Shown: positions 12,560 to 27,189, numbered from the stretch's first letter. The stretch is DNA of 64,000 bases from Raillietiella orientalis (GCA_036172245.1 JAYWIR010000014.1:496001-560000); one strand, 5' to 3'. Notes: generated from the sequence alone by a model not told the origin. Numbers and translations: made by a program.

Positions 12560-15060
12560 TCATTGGAACGAGACAGGCACGTTTGACTAGTGCGATCTGA
12601 CCATAGGTCAGCTGAGGAGACCAAGCATGGAACGAATTGCAATGGTCATTGCCTTTCTGCAAAAGCAGTAGGTTCTCCTCAATTTTATGCCTTTGCTTTT
12701 TCCGGCACAAACCATTTTTTCCGCAACTGGCCAGCTCCCGAATACGAATATCCCAAAGCCACCTTCAGTCTGATCGATTTTTTGAAGGACCATCTGGAAT
12801 TCGATGTCGAACTGCTCTCTGTCTTTTCTAATCTACCTGAAAGTAGCCTGGAAAATATTAAACTTCCAGTTGAATGACTGCTGTGGAATTTCACAAACGG
12901 ATATCAGAAATGGTGATGATAGTAGGAATAAGTTGGTAGACTTTATTTGCAAAATTTGCTGTCCTCTTGAGTTATGAGTCTGTGCAGGTTCCAGGGTCCG
13001 GAAATCCGAGATGACAAAACAGCACTCTGCATATGTCGAGATGTGGATCCCAATGTTCATTCCTGAGCTGGAAGGAATGAAAATTGCATTGCTTTCCTCT
13101 TACTCCTCGTTGGTTGCTCTTGTGATGTCTGCAATACCTACAATATAATATCGTAAGTGGACAAAAATGGAAACGCTTCATGAAAACACAGAGTGAACTC
13201 GGAATCTTCGCGGCGCCTAATCAGCCAGCCCAAAACTTTTCATTTCAAAATTCATGAGACCCACATCATCTTTTCCTCAACCTCTTGAAAAAACTAGAAC
13301 TTGCGGTTCCGTCTTTGAATTTAGCACGCTTCGTTCTTTCGATTCCGCGTCTCCCTACTTGCTCGAATGGTCGCATTTTTTCTAAGCCTGCGCTTGCCTA
13401 TGTATTTCAATCTGCATCCAATAACACAAATCCAGTCAAGATCTCCCACGCTTTAAAAGCTTTCGTCTCTTGATTTAGAAAGATATCATCGCGGATTCCT
13501 TTTCTCAATGCCTTTTTTCCCCAGTGCCTTTTGTTCTTAATTCAGGTTGATCAAAGAGCATTGCCTCAAGAGGATTTCTATCAGCTAAGAAGCATTGCTT
13601 CTTCTCAATATCATCTCTTCACAGTTCAGGTCCTCAAGATCACTGAATCAAAACACATGGAAAGATTATTTGGTATTTATGAAAACACGATGTTTACAGT
13701 TCTCCGTGTGAGGATTCCGGCCAAAGAAGAAAAATCATGCTAATCCATGAATCGACAAACAGTTTCCTTTCCAGGAAAAGATGTGCATCGAGATGTCGTT
13801 TTCTGAGTTGGAGTTGACCCTGGTGACATGACTATTGCGTTCGTTATCATAATGATGACCAAATAGCTTCTTGTATCTCCTTCAAAGATTCAAAAGCCTC
13901 TCATGAAGCACTCGGTGCGAGAGAAGCAAGTGATCCTCCAAGTGGTGCTGATGAGTTTCTTGGATGCTGCTCCAGAATGCAAGCCACACTTTTCCAGACA
14001 GGGTGGGAAAAGATCAAAAATAGAGAGAAAGGGAGAGAATATTCGCGGATTGAGGAGCGGTTTTTCTTGAACAAATCGAAGACTTTCGTCTGGAGAGGAA
14101 TCTTGTGTAGTGGAACCAAAGCGTCAAGATTGAGCGAGGCGAATTGAGCCAGTAGTATTGTCAGCAATCCGAAGGGTTTGAGTAGTTGTCATCTCACATA
14201 GAAACTATTGAGCTGAAAGTTCGGTTTCGCTAGATGGGTTCTGAGAAATTTTCTCAGCTTCACCATGATCAGCGACCTCCACATAAAATTAATAATGAAA
14301 AGTGCCCATTGAAGAATCGTGAGATATAGGGTAATGAACTTTGTGGGAGCCACGAGAAAGCAGGGAGCCCCGTCTTCAACCCATGTAGAAGATGCATCTG
14401 TAATCACGTGATTAAGGAAACTGCACTTTGAAACTGTCGTTTGACGCCTCACGAAGCAGAGCGCGAATGTTTTTATGTTTTCGGACAGAGACAAGGTGGA
14501 AATGGTTGGCAAAGTGCCAACCATTTCCACCTTGTAAGAGACACACTTCACTTGTCCGTGCCAGTCGTTCTGATCATGCTCTCTGCTGCGGGACCAAACC
14601 TTCCTGGAAGAAGTGCAGGGCAGAGGAAGGCTTCCTGCTTCATACTTTGCATCCATTCATGAGGAAGTGTGCGAACCAGAACCCCTTCTTCAGCTTATCC
14701 ACCAATTGAAGAGCTGAACACTCTTCTATCATCGTCTCTAGAGTTCATTTTCGGAAGAAACTAGCTTTGTATGGAAATTCGCCTTTCTGTCAATAGCCAG
14801 AAAAAATAGGTTTGCCGCAGGGCTACTAACTGCTTACCCGTTTCGGTGGATACAATGGGCCGATGGAGATTCCCTCAATCAAGATGCTATCTGTCATCTC
14901 GTCCCTATAAGACTCTTGGTTTCAGACCATTTGTCGGATAATAGTGGCCACCGTAAAGGTCGATCTCGTATAGATTGCTGATACCATCTTGTCCCAGAAC
15001 TTCAACTTCAACACTGTTGTAGAACGACATGGAACTCTTTGAGCTGATTCCACTCACAAA
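12560..15060 (-). mobile_element. Decayed CR1/L2-like LINE RT (possibly two pieces)
   Basis: VLGQDGIS (apG.DGI), ISIGPLYP, KPIFS, FFQEGLVPQQR (F.KAFD.Vph), DASSTWVEDGAP..LFIINF..ADH.VKL (sS.w...sGVPQG..LF.i..FADD.KL), and downstream FHAWSP near 12620. Confidence 0.55.
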
Positions 15061-18000
15061 AAAGGAATTTCACGTGAACCCAAAAAAAGACACCAATAGA
15101 TGAATATGAGAACTTTTTTTGATTTTGCAGGCGCTGCCTTCAAACAAAATTTTTGGGCAGAATATTACTAATTTCGTCTCTAGAGAGCTGGGGCGCTGAT
15201 CTGTTAGAGATCTCCCTTTTTTTTTCCTTTTTCTTTGTTTTTTACCAGGACAAATGCTTTTTGAAAAGAGACTAGGAGAAAGTTAAGGTTTCAGGCTTTA
15301 TTTCCCAATCTCCAGAAAAGAAACACTCTGAGAGCTGTTTACGATCCAAAACGTTGGAGCGATTCCCATAAATTCTTCAACAATACACTTTGCTTTCTTA
15401 TGCATTCGGCAAACTCTTTAACCAGAGAAAGTGTGCACAAGTGGATTTTCCTTTTATATGGAATCTCTCTTAGTTGAAGTTATCCACAAAGAAGTAATGA
15501 ATCCACAAAGAAGGAACGACCCTGCAAAACATGGATCAGAGTCCATAGTTATGCCGTAATGATTCGGGAGGGGAAAAGGGAAACGAAAGGGAAAGTATTC
15601 CTTGCCTCGCATTCGCAAGGTTAATGGCAGTTTTTTCGCTTTTTGCTTCCTTCCCCCACGCGGAGCTTCTCTCGTTTAGGAATACCATTCTGAACACCAT
15701 CACAGGGTCATAGGGTGTAAGGAAGAATCAGTCATTAACAAGCATTCACCGTTCGCTCACAAGAAAGTGACAGCTATCGATCAACTATGGGTGTGCTCTT
15801 GTTAACAACAGCTCGATTGTAGGGACACGAATCGGAAACCTTCCCATCTTTGCTTAGATAAGGAATGGAAAAGAAGAATTTTTTGACGGAATCTGACTGG
15901 AAAATATGGAGGCGATGAAAAATGGTAAGCATCGCTCTACCACCTGCTCTATTAGTAATTGAAGTTTAAAGTATCTTTTTAATGGAAAGTTGCTGTGTGA
16001 GAACACTCTTGTGTTGCATAAAAGAAATTTTTTTTTTTCCCTATGATCCCGGTTTTTTTCGAATCCTTAGCGGCTCATCTCAGAGTACAATTGCTAGCTA
16101 GTTTATGCACCAGCGGTCAGCTTGCATTCATGTGCACAGCACATACTAACAGTAGCACTCATTCTATCGTGCTTCCTTGGTACAGGTGCAGACACTGCAA
16201 AATGTGTCAGGATGCTTTACGTCAGCACTATAGAACTACTTGCTTAGAGCTTTAATCTTATTTATCATTGCGAAACTTATAATTAACCATCCTGCATAGA
16301 CTTGTCAGCAACTAAAATGTGTCTAATTCAGGAGATTTCCGCTTCATCTCCTGAAGTCTTTCTTTCGCATCTAAAAGGGACACATCAGTCTGCAATTTGT
16401 ACAGATTATTTTTACCTATCACACACTCCTACCTCCATCTTTACTTCTAACCATGATTCATCATTTTCCATTCAGAGCTCGAATGGTCAACAATGAATTT
16501 CATCTGTGGAACAATGTTGACCAGTGATCACAAGTCACGTGAGCTCTAGGGAGTATGACTTGTCATGAGGAAACATTTCTTTCACCTTTTATTTGTCAGT
16601 GATTCTTTATTCATCTACAGTTTCGAGACAATCTGGCCAAACCATCCCTCAGAAAAGAGCTTCGCTCTCAGCAACGAGAACCGAGTGCAGACAAACCACA
16701 TCACCAGCAAAAAGCTGCGGGAAGAGTTAAGAAATGAGATTGCCTCAAGACCAAGAACTTCCATCAGGAACGCACATATGATTGGAATCCTGTGCCCTAT
16801 CGCCAGTTCACTTACTGCCCCTGACACAGAATTCACTAAGATGTTCTCTCTGACAAAATGTAGCGAGCCAATTCTCCAGAAAGTTTAGCCAATTTGTCTG
16901 CACACTGATGCTGCCACAGACAGGCTCAGGCGTCAAATCGATCCCTTTGTTCCCTCAACAGCAGGAATAACTTGTATAAAGGCGTTCCCAGATAAAGCGA
17001 AAGTTACTTCCAAAAATGATTTGAATCACTCAGAAATCTCTTCATGTCAAAAACAAACCCAAAGACAAACCAGAACAAATTTATGGTTATTCAGTACTCT
17101 GAGAGCAACATGGCATGAAACCTCATTTTAATCTTCTATCTTCGAATATGGTTACAGTGATTTGTGCAAAGTCAAGGATTCATTAAAGGTGTTTCATAAA
17201 ATCGAAACTTCATGAAGGAAGACAGTTGCATAGTAAACTGAGCAACTGTCCTCTTCATGATGTACACGATTCTCTGATATGGTGGATTGCAATAATCCCG
17301 AACTGAGAAACGAAAGTCTGATCACGAATTCAGAATGAAAATGGGAAACACAAATCGTTGGCATTTACTTGGTTAAGGTGAACGTAGAATGAAGAGTTAA
17401 GAGCACAGAGAAATGAAAGATGCAAAAGCAGAGTGATCAGAAATCCAGTATAAATAAATAAATGTACAGATCCTTCACATTTTGCACTTCTTAAGCAGCA
17501 GCATATGCACTGAAATGCTGAACCAGATGAACCAACCATGAGCCAGATTTTAAAGTATGTCTTCAATAGAATGTTACTTCGTCAGCACACTATTGTATTG
17601 AAGTTTACGATGGTTTGGGCACTTGTGACATCTGAATATCTGTTTCTGGATTTATGAAAAGATCTGTCGTAAAGATGGATGGTGGAAGGTCCCCATGTGA
17701 TTACTTGGAAAATAAGAAGCCAGCACAATTTTGTAAAGCACTTAAAGTTTTCAAAGTGTCGTGTACCTAGAAGAACTAGTAGCGCAGCGTTATTTATGGG
17801 ATGAGAATATGCTAAAGTTCTGCACCTGAGAGCCGTTGCTCAAAATCTCTTCAGACACATTTTGAATAAAATAAGTGGCTTCCTGTCATGATATTGTTAA
17901 TTGACATTAAAAGAATTGATTCTTGCATGTGGATGCTTTCCATGTCCTATCTGTTTATCCATCTTGCTTAAATTGAAGATCTCTGAGCATCTTTCTAAAA

Positions 18001-19099
18001 CTGTGCATTAATTCGAAGCATTCATTAATTATTGCCTTTTTCAGCCTGCGCATTAGCCCTTCATTGCCTATAATAGGTAGCCATTGCATCTCGGAAGCAG
18101 AAATGCTAAATCATTTTGGATTCCTGATCTTAGAGAAGCATAGAGGCGAAGAGCAATTCCTTGTGGAATGATTGATTCGAAATCATCAAGGGTTCTGCGC
18201 CGAATGAAACAGCAGCTCCTCTCCGAACACACCCATGACTCCACTGCAGTCCTCTTTGTATTAACTTCATCACTCGAGATCACTTAATTAAACTCTGTAT
18301 TAATTCTCATCAGGTTCCCAACTTCCCATATTATCCCAGTAAATTCTTTTCCTGATCATGAAATCGGTCTCGTTTCGTCAATAAGTGTCCGCTTCTAGTT
18401 GCAGCGAGTGCTGGGAACGGCATTACGGATGGCTGTTTTCTGCATCCTTGTCTGCATGTCTGGATTACAAATAAAAATTTATGTATTTACTAAAACACGC
18501 AAGGTAAGACGGCGTCTTCTGTGGGAAGCTTAAAAATTGCGCAGTACGTTTTAATATACTGGTACTGTGTACGAGCTGAAGTGTTTTCACCGATTAAGAG
18601 GGATCAAACCTCTTTAAAGGGAACCCGAGGATTTTCTGGAAGAGGGAAGCAAATCACGTAGAACACATAGTTTCCCATTGACTGATATATGTAATTTCGG
18701 AAAATGTAGGATAGAGCCCCACTTTTTCCTCATTCCGCAAGTCGTAGAACACCAGAACTGCATCTGTTCTGCTTTGATTAACTACAACACCGGTAAGCTT
18801 ATTTCTCACCAAAACATCAGTAACCAATATCGAAATCCGTGTCACACATTATAGGATGCAAAATTGCTCCTTTGGAGCATTGGACTTTGGATTCGCCTCG
18901 CGACAAAAGAGAGTCCTTATTGCCTTTCAGAAAATTCTCGAAGATCTCATTGATCACCCCGATGTTTATGTCTTGAAAGGAAGGGCCAAAATCTCATCTT
19001 CCGTAAACTGAAATGGCATCCTAATTTAATAGTTGTCAACAAAATTACTGTTGCAACCTTTGTGACTTCTTGAAACGAAGAATGAAAATTACACCTTAA

Positions 19100-20500
19100 C
19101 AACAAAATGTACAGCAACGAAACACCTTCCAGTATCCGAAGAATAGTTGATGATCAGAAAACAGCAATGAAGGAAACTGCGATACTGGTTAAAGCTGTGA
19201 GAAGACCCAAACACTGGTTGCGAAGACGAAACGTTTAGGAAACTAGAGGTCTTGAACGAACAAAAGACACATCAAAGAGCCCCAAGTAACATTTTTAGAA
19301 AATTAAAAGCGAAGGAACCATTCCCTTGCGTGGTGCAAGTTCAACTTCTCCATCAAAGGATACGAGAATTTCCTGCTTTGTGTGACGTGTTAAACTCCCA
19401 AGTGCTACACCATTCCCGTAATTCTAATCAAGATGAATAAATCCGAAAGAACAGCATCATGTGGCTGACATACTCAAAAATGAATTCAACGAGGAAAGTA
19501 TGCTGAGGGCATGAGGGAAAATGAATCGATCAGATTGAGACACTCAAGACAGTGCAATACAACAGTGTGGTATATAGTTGGCTAATGACAGCTACAGAGC
19601 ACAGGGACAGGAACATTCAACGGATGCAAAAGATCAGAATCTGGAACTCTCGAGAACACAGGAATTTCAGAATTGAGATGCCGGAACTTTTGAAAGAAAA
19701 AATGCCGCTCGCTCGGTACAAGCTTTCTTGTAGCTATTCGAACAGTTCAAGTTACCTAGAAAAGAAGACCTGTTCAAGAACCTGAGGAACAGAGCGCGTT
19801 CAAGGGCGTGAAGTGTCTGCACAGCGTCAAAAGTGAGACGAAAAATTCAGAGATTCAAATTGAAAGATTGTAAGGGACTGTTGAGAGATTTGGTTTATCG
19901 AGAGATTGCTACGAAATCTTCTAGGAAATGCAATACTTGTTCTCTGCCCAAAATGCAAATGAGAACAGGAGGAATTGACAGGAGGTGACATCTGTGCGCA
20001 GTATACAATCAGTAGATAAAAGTCATATGAAGTTGAATGGATTGAGCAGAAATTTTGTGCTGATACTGACGAATAGTGTGTATTCAGATGCAAACATTTA
20101 AACACGATGCGTCTAAACTGACTAATGAGCCACAGCCTGCCAAGGATGACAAGCCGATGATTGACCATTAATCACAAGGAGAAAAAGAAATCTTTAGGAG
20201 CCAAGACCCCGATGCAGTTTTGTCCGCGCGTGCGATCACCGATGAAAGTACTTTGAGCGAACAGAAGGACGTCCTCTTTTGCAGGTCCAGAATTGCCTGG
20301 CAGTTAAGAGCCCCTCGGTAAACTGGAACAACAGGCAATCAAGGGAAAAGAGACTATGTGGGAAGATCAGAAATCCCGGGAAAAGTTTGGTAGACATCCA
20401 GCTCAAAAGTTCGAGGGCAGACTCTCAGGATGGAACTCAGGGAACAGATTAAGGGAAACTCATCTCTTCACGAGGCTCGATGGCCTCAGGATGATCCGAT
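19100..20500 (+). mobile_element. Decayed RTE-like LINE (linker plus RT)
   Basis: INPKEQHHVADILKNEF, MPELLKE, FKGVKCL (yRgIsLl), a VD.K.SYE.VEW-like segment (vD..KAyD.v.w), SVYSDA, CQG* (RQGc) and AITDE (yaDD) occur in order across frames. Confidence 0.5.
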
Positions 20501-21399
20501 AAGTTCTGAATTATAAATTGACCATACAGAGAGCTCTCCAGAGTGTTTCTTGCAGCTTACAAGAAGTACAGTGATGTCAATGTACATTCTCTTAGGAATG
20601 AGTGGGAGCTGAAAATTTTTATGAATGAAAACTATTTTCTATGTATGTTAGTAATATCCATAGGGTCCTCAATCCAGCATTGAAATCGATAGCGGAAAAT
20701 CAACTAACCCAATTTCGTTTCTGATGATCTACCTTCTTTAGAAAGTATAAAGGTTTCCCATTCTTTCAGAGTACATGCTTTGCTTTGTTTCTATTCGAGA
20801 AATTGAATCATGGTGCAATATTCTTCGTAGATCAGAACTTGAGTTCTAACTGTAGCTTGGGTTCCATCTGCGGTAGCCATAAATCCCAGCTGATTTCGTT
20901 TCCCTCAATTCTCAATGATCTTCCTCTTTTAGTGAAAGTGACCTGCGGATGTCGCAGCTTAACCAGTGTTGTAGAATTCTGAACTCTCCCAGAAAAATCG
21001 TGATTTGTTGTGTGAAACCGCTCAGAAGCAAACAGAACCACAGGATCTCTTATCATTAATGAGAAACAGAACAGCACATGGGGTCAGAATCCAAGAATGT
21101 TTTCCGAAATGTATGCAACCTCTAACCAATTATGCATTTGCGGCTTCTGCAGCGGAGGTTTCTTGAAAGGGAAACGTCTTCTGATTGAATCTTTCATATC
21201 TTTTTGCAAGAGCAAAAAGACGTTTTCGTTTTAGAAGGTGATTGATGGAGTAAAGGATCTAGCTTTCATTATGAGTAATTTTATTGGTGAGTAAAGAATC
21301 TACCTTTGCTTACAGATTTTTACGTAAAGGTGGACCCTTTGGTCACACGCAGATTATCAGAGGAATAAAATATACGGATATGTGGATTGGTCATGGAAC

Positions 21400-22200
21400 T
21401 GACTCCAAGAGGTTTTTCTCCAGAACTCAGCACTAGACCAGAAGACCCACTTTTTCACGGACTCTTAAGATCCACGAACTCAGTCATGTTAAATCTTCAT
21501 TGCCCGTTTTGGTTCTGGCACGCAGCAATCTCGGTACGCGGGGTTTGCACGTGGGAAGTCGGCGCACCCGCGTGTAACGACTTTCGGTCATCCTGACCTA
21601 GAGTGTAATGTGTCCAGGAGACGTCTGAGTGATTGAGTAGTCCGGGTGATTGAGTAGAATCCTGGAAGACACTCGATGCTTTACTTTCGTCATTCTTCAA
21701 GCTTATTTAAAAGTGCTTTTCAAATCTATTTTGTCTATGTTAAAGCTATGTTGAAACTTTTGAAGTTAACTATTATGTCTCCGTTTCAAATCCTGTCTCT
21801 TCTCAATGTGTTTCTTTGCGTTCCCAGCTGTTTAAGGATAGTTCTGGATAATTACTTTCGTTCCTATACTTTCAATCGAATTCTGAGACTTCTTTCGACA
21901 CTAAAAACTTACAATGCAGCATAAGGGATATGAACCAAAACAGCCATGCCAATCAGCGTTGCTACTCTCAAGTTGTCGCAAATTATCTTACACCATTCCA
22001 CTCTCGCAGTCTGATGAGAATGTTTTTTTTGCTTTCTTTCTTCGACATTGAGAATTTGCACACTTTGTCCGAGAAGGACACCATTTCCTGCATTTATTGC
22101 TTCTCCCAAGGTGTTCATCCTCATCGTTTCGGCGTTTGCCTCAATAGTTTCTAGGGCACCTCAGTATTTGAGACAAGAAAAATAACTATTGCAGATTGTG
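21400..22200 (-). mobile_element. Decayed CR1/L2-like LINE RT core and thumb
   Basis: RMNTLGEAINAGNGVLLGQSV (sGVPQGSV), VEWCKIICDNL (c.lfADD) and PGLLNHSDVSWTHY (LG...sDLsW..H). Confidence 0.5.
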
Positions 22201-24699
22201 ACTCCCGCTATAGATTTTCTGGATCTCTTCAGTAACCATGAGAAAGCTGCTTACCCGTTTTCATCTTCACCTGGGTTACTGCACTGCATTTAAGACAAGT
22301 TATTTACCATTCAGTCGAGGACACCTTGTTCTGATAGCTGATGAGCCGTAGAGTAAAGGATCTATCTTTATCCATGAGCGAGTTTTACACCTGGATCTGG
22401 AAGTTACATCCGTTTGCTCAAATCATTTGGCGGCAAGGCCAGCATGCGGAGGTGAATACGGCCGGAGAACATGGGAAGAAATAGCATCTGCAAGGGTCTC
22501 CACAGCCAGTAACTAATTGTGATATTCTGATTGTATCTTCTTTTTCTCCGGAGAGCGGTTGCAGCTCATTGTTCCCATCTGTGGCCTCCAGATGCACCGG
22601 TCTCTTGATTTGGTATCTTCTACTTCTGGTGTTATGAGGATTCACCTTGTTAACAAACTTTACCGTCTCCTCGATTTGCAGATAGTGTCCGCAGCTTCGT
22701 TTAGAATCCTTTTTTTGAAAACATCTTTACGAAATTTTGAGTGCTCCAGCTGAGGAATCGTGAAGAAATATTCATTCAAAGATGCTGCTGCGTCAGGAAG
22801 GGATTTTTCAGCCAGTGTCGAGCATTATCTCATCATTCTACGTTCAAAGGTTTTATTGGTTCTTCTTCAGTCAGCAATTTGTTATTGGAGAGTGTACAAG
22901 CGAATTACATGCAAAGTTCTGTGTGATGCAGATACTTCAAACTTCACCGAATGATCTATGCAGGCTACAGATCAAAAAGAATCGCCTACTTTGCGAGTTG
23001 TGCTTTTCCATTGCAGCTCCTCAAAGATGCAATGGTGGGGCCCTCATCCCCTTTAGGAATCTTTTTCTCTTCGCAATTCGGAAGGTGTCTTTTCTCAGCT
23101 TTTCACTTCCAAATTGCAGCAGAGACTAAAGCAGATGCTCTTATAATGGACAGGCAAGGAAAGAAGCACGACAGCAGGATCAACAAAAAATTTTTCAGTT
23201 GCGGAGGACACCTGGATTCGAGGCATGCAAAGGAATCTTTGCATTCTTCCCGGATGCTTTTACAAGTTCCATCCGTTTGCTCGGATAGATTTGTGGGAAT
23301 GTTCAGCATGCGGAAGTGAGGACGGCCGGAGTGCATATGAAGAAACCTCATCTGGATGGGCGAAAGTGGTCACCAGTGGCGCAGTTTGAAAGGTTCACTT
23401 TGCGCAACAGAATAATAAAAAACTCAAATTATCAAGAGCATACTGAAAGCAACTTCACCACAAGCTCGAGAAGCAGGAAGCACAAAAAGCATGGAGATGA
23501 GAATAGGAAAGTCTCCAATTTGTCTGAAATGGGGAAGTAGTGGGCTCGGGCGTAGCATTCATCTTTCCCCTTCTTACCTCCAACAGAGGAGAGATTACCA
23601 AGATTAAGGAATTTATTCGGAAATTTTCTGAGAAATCTGTATTCTCTCAGTAGAATAATTCTTGCATTTTAGCCAGGAGTACTAGAAAATTGGGAATGAC
23701 CATTGAACACCAGTGTATACCTGATGGGCATTTATCATTTAAACACTCTCGAGACTAGCAACAAAGTCAGAGGAAAAACTAGCAGCTAAAATTTTTTAGA
23801 AGTTTATTCCTTTTCTAATTGGGAACTTATGAGGAACAATTAATTTTCACAGCTTTCCTTCCTCATTTGTGAAAAAAAAAGTTTAAAAGTAATTTGGAAG
23901 ACTCTGAAACGAAAAGTAACAGCTACTCTTTTAGACCACATACTTTATCGTCAGTATGTTGTTTTATCTTGGAAACAGAGCCAAAAAGTTTTGTTTTGTT
24001 TTTTCAGAAGGAAAAGAAAGCTCTGACATACTGTAAAGACAAACGAAATTTGAAAATAAAAGTGGTGGGAAGTTTCCGACAGCAAGCAACTACATTGCTC
24101 CTTTTGGTAGTTATCACGGTAGTCTCTGATGTCACGGATATGATCTTGCCAGTTTAGGTGATAGAGAACAAAGGAAACTGAAAGTTTCCTTTCAGAAAGA
24201 TATCACTATCTAATCTTTTGGTACAGAGGAGCTCTTGAGAAGGACGCGGAACTGTGCAGCAACCAGTTCCTGCCCGCAAACTTTTAAATGTTGCATTTTT
24301 ATTTTTCAGTTATCAAAAATGTTGGAACATCTATCTACTCGGTAGCACTGTATTTGTCAGAATTTATGATCGGAGAGTGCCCACTGTCCCTAATATCACT
24401 TAGGTATAGGTTTGTGGAATCTTTTTACAGAGGACAGAGATACTTAGACTTATCTACGCCTGCATAGATCTTTAGGTCTAATCTGTGAACCAAACTGAAG
24501 TGCCCTTCATATGTAGTTTGAGATAACTGAGACTCTACAACTCTTGCAAATTACCGACGGCATTCTAAGGACCTTCAGAAGCAGAGATTTCGCAAACGAT
24601 ATCGTCGCGATTAAATCCATCAATATCTTTCTGTCCAGATTTATCTAACGAAGTCCACCTTCCTGACTCCGAAGCATTTCTTTTTCAGACTTGCACGGA

Positions 24700-25750
24700 G
24701 TTTTTAGCATTCCTGATCCTCCGAAAGAAAGCAGTTTTTAACCATTCCAGTTCAAATGCGACTTACCTGCAGGAAACTCCTGATTCCCTGGTCAAAATCC
24801 ATCTAGCTTTTTGTTTACGAGCTCAGATTGATTTCTTGCGCACTACATCAAATTTTTTCTTCTTCATGATGCAAGACCTCCTTCCTTCTACTGGAAAACA
24901 CTCATCTTGATCGAATTCAGACAACTGTTTGAATAGTTACCTGAGAATACACATGTAATACACATGACTTCTTGAGTAACAGACTCCTTTTTTGCCCTTT
25001 AGCTCTTTATGAGAAACAAATTCTTCGTGCATTTTTTTTTTTACTGCGTCGCATCTGTGACTTGGAGACTTTAGGATCAAATGCAGTGCCACATTAACTC
25101 ACTCACTCACAGCACTCACCGGCAGTGTCACGAGGAAAAGACAGAAGGGTTGCCTCTCAGCAGTCGGAATATCAAGGGCTCTTTGAACGTCACTCTTTTG
25201 CTGGCAGCACTCATTGCCGATAGTGGAGATCCAGGTGTGCAAACTCGGAGAAAAGAAAGCTGGAGCTTTCCGGAGTTGAAGCGATGCGCTCTCCCGAGAG
25301 CCCAGGGATCTCGGAGGCACGGGTGGTCTGTGAACACGGGAAGCGATGCTCATCTTCTGCTTTCCTCCTGTATTCTTCAGGACTCTGGGTAGCTATAGCC
25401 AGCAACTCATCGGATGCTTTGATTGCATCATCTTTCTGTCCGAAGAGCTGTTACAGTGATCCCTTGATGTCTGAGTACTTCCTTTGCAGCTGATTCTTGA
25501 GCAGACCGGAAGATGATGAAACCTTACTGAGCAGGAGCAATTTGATCCCTTCTGCTCCTGGTGCTGTGAAGATTCACCTCCTTCACAAACTTTGCCACCT
25601 CCTCGATTCTCAGATAAAATGTCTGCATTTTGGTTTAGAATTCTTTCCCTGAGAGCATCCTTGCATCGATCTTCGAAGTTTCCAGCACTTCAGCTGTGGA
25701 ATCATAGGAGAGAAAGTCTCATTCAGAAATGCAGGTTTAGCTGCAGCGAA
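24700..25750 (-). mobile_element. Decayed LINE RT N-terminal half
   Basis: RIEEVAKFVKEVNL + TAPGAEGIKLLLL (ApG.DGI), LAIATQS (RPIal.S) and DVQRALDIP (D..kAfD). Confidence 0.55.
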
Positions 25751-25849
25751 AAGGTCTTTCCAGTGGTTTCAAACTCCATGAGAACTCCCTCATCCTCTCT
25801 CCTCCACTATCGCTTTCGAAGGTAGCTCGGGAAAATTTGCATCAGGTTT

Positions 25850-27050
25850 TTTGTTCATTTTCCGGAAAAACGGCGAAAAGAAGGAACTCGTGACCTTGGA
25901 AACCGCGTCTGCAGCAGACTAATGATATGGAACGAAAGCAGCGAGCAGGCGGACGCCTCAGGTACTCCACAGCAGGAAGTTCTCCCTTACGATCCCGAAG
26001 TTCAGAGACGTCTGCTCGCTTGGAAGCAGCAAACGAGATTCTTCTCGACGACGTGCCTCGACGGAAGTAGGAAACGCGCTCCCGGTTTCCTGGTCATCCA
26101 TTTTTCTGACAGCAAGCAAAATGGAGCTGCCGCAATGAATTTTGAGAGCTCTTTGATCCTGGATTTTGCGGGCTGTGCCAGGAGGAAGGGCGCGCACGTC
26201 ACTTGGAGGGAACCTCAGACTGCCATTCTAGAATAACAGCCTGCTCGTTCGCAGAAGCCGTGTCCAAGGAGGCAGACCATCGCACGTGATGAATCCAGGA
26301 CTGAGACCCTGAACTCGCCACGCTCCGACTACTGGACCCTTAAGACCGCCATCCTTGATTCCATTCCCAAAGGGATACCTCATCTCCGCTGGAGAGAAAA
26401 AGAAAGTGGATGGAGGGAGGATCTCTGAATTTTGATTCTGGAGGCTTATGGACGCAGCTCCATTGATGGCGGGAACTCTGAGAGGCCGTTCCTTCCCGGA
26501 GCCGTTCTTCACCCTGGAAGTGATGAGGACCCTTTACATCGTTTACTGGACAAAAACGCACTCTGGTGCGCGAAGGTGCACCTGCGGCCATCGGTTCTGG
26601 GACCCGTATGTCACTTCACACTTTCGCCTGCCCGCACGGATTCCCCCTCGCTTTGACTCTAGGATTTATCTGAGCGATCCCGGAAAGCAACTTCGAGTTT
26701 CACCCCTGTCGGGTTTAATTCAGCGGAGTCTTCCGTCCCCTTCCATCCCGATTTCCGACCTCTTACCTCAACTGTTGGCGAGTCCGCTCTCCCTCTGGTG
26801 CGACCCTCAGAGTCAGAGTTCCAGCCACCACCTCTGATGGCGCTTCCTCCGGCCGCATCTTGGGCGCCGTCTGCAGCCGCCTCATCCCATCGAACGGTTT
26901 ACTGACGAGGGAAGGGATCTGTCACATCCGGTTACCAGATCCGGAAAGCAGGAGAGTTCCTGCTGACGACCGTAGCAAGGGTGACTCCCTAGAAAGGGCA
27001 GTTGCTGTCCGGTAGGTTCCCCTGTCCTCCTCATCTCTCTACTGAAGGCG
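25850..27050 (+). mobile_element. Decayed LINE RT fragment
   Basis: KPRL..RLRYST, IHFSDSKQ, EF*FWRLMDAAPL (fkfLG...D..L) and LEVMRTLYIVY.TK (lrtLY..yir.kl). Confidence 0.45.
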
Positions 27051-27189
27051 GCACCCGGGAGGGCGAGAAGTGCGCGGTAGGTTGAGCTCGCGTGCCTCCC
27101 TCGGTCCTCGGGAAGAGACTGCACTTCGGTTTCCTTCCTTTAACCACCCCCTGTCCCTCCCCTCCCTCCCCTCCCTCCCACGCCTCCGC

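Noticed and set aside
12608..12830. Possible gustatory-receptor-like C-terminal exon (QMVLQKIDQTEGGFGIF)
   Set aside because: It lacks the TYxxxxxQF motif and partner TM exons, and it is better explained as the thumb region of the adjacent CR1-like relic.
21629..21657. GTGATTGAGTAG repeated twice (CRISPR- or satellite-like?)
   Set aside because: It is only a 12-bp local duplication inside a LINE relic, with no array.
22400..23550. Additional LINE relic on the minus strand (also 16620-16950 on +)
   Set aside because: Motif hints exist (LKYL, RCPPQL..FLL) but are too weak to list as a feature without a search.
25200..25750. TRIM/coiled-coil pseudogene
   Set aside because: TAPGAEGI and DVQRALD motifs identify it as LINE RT instead.
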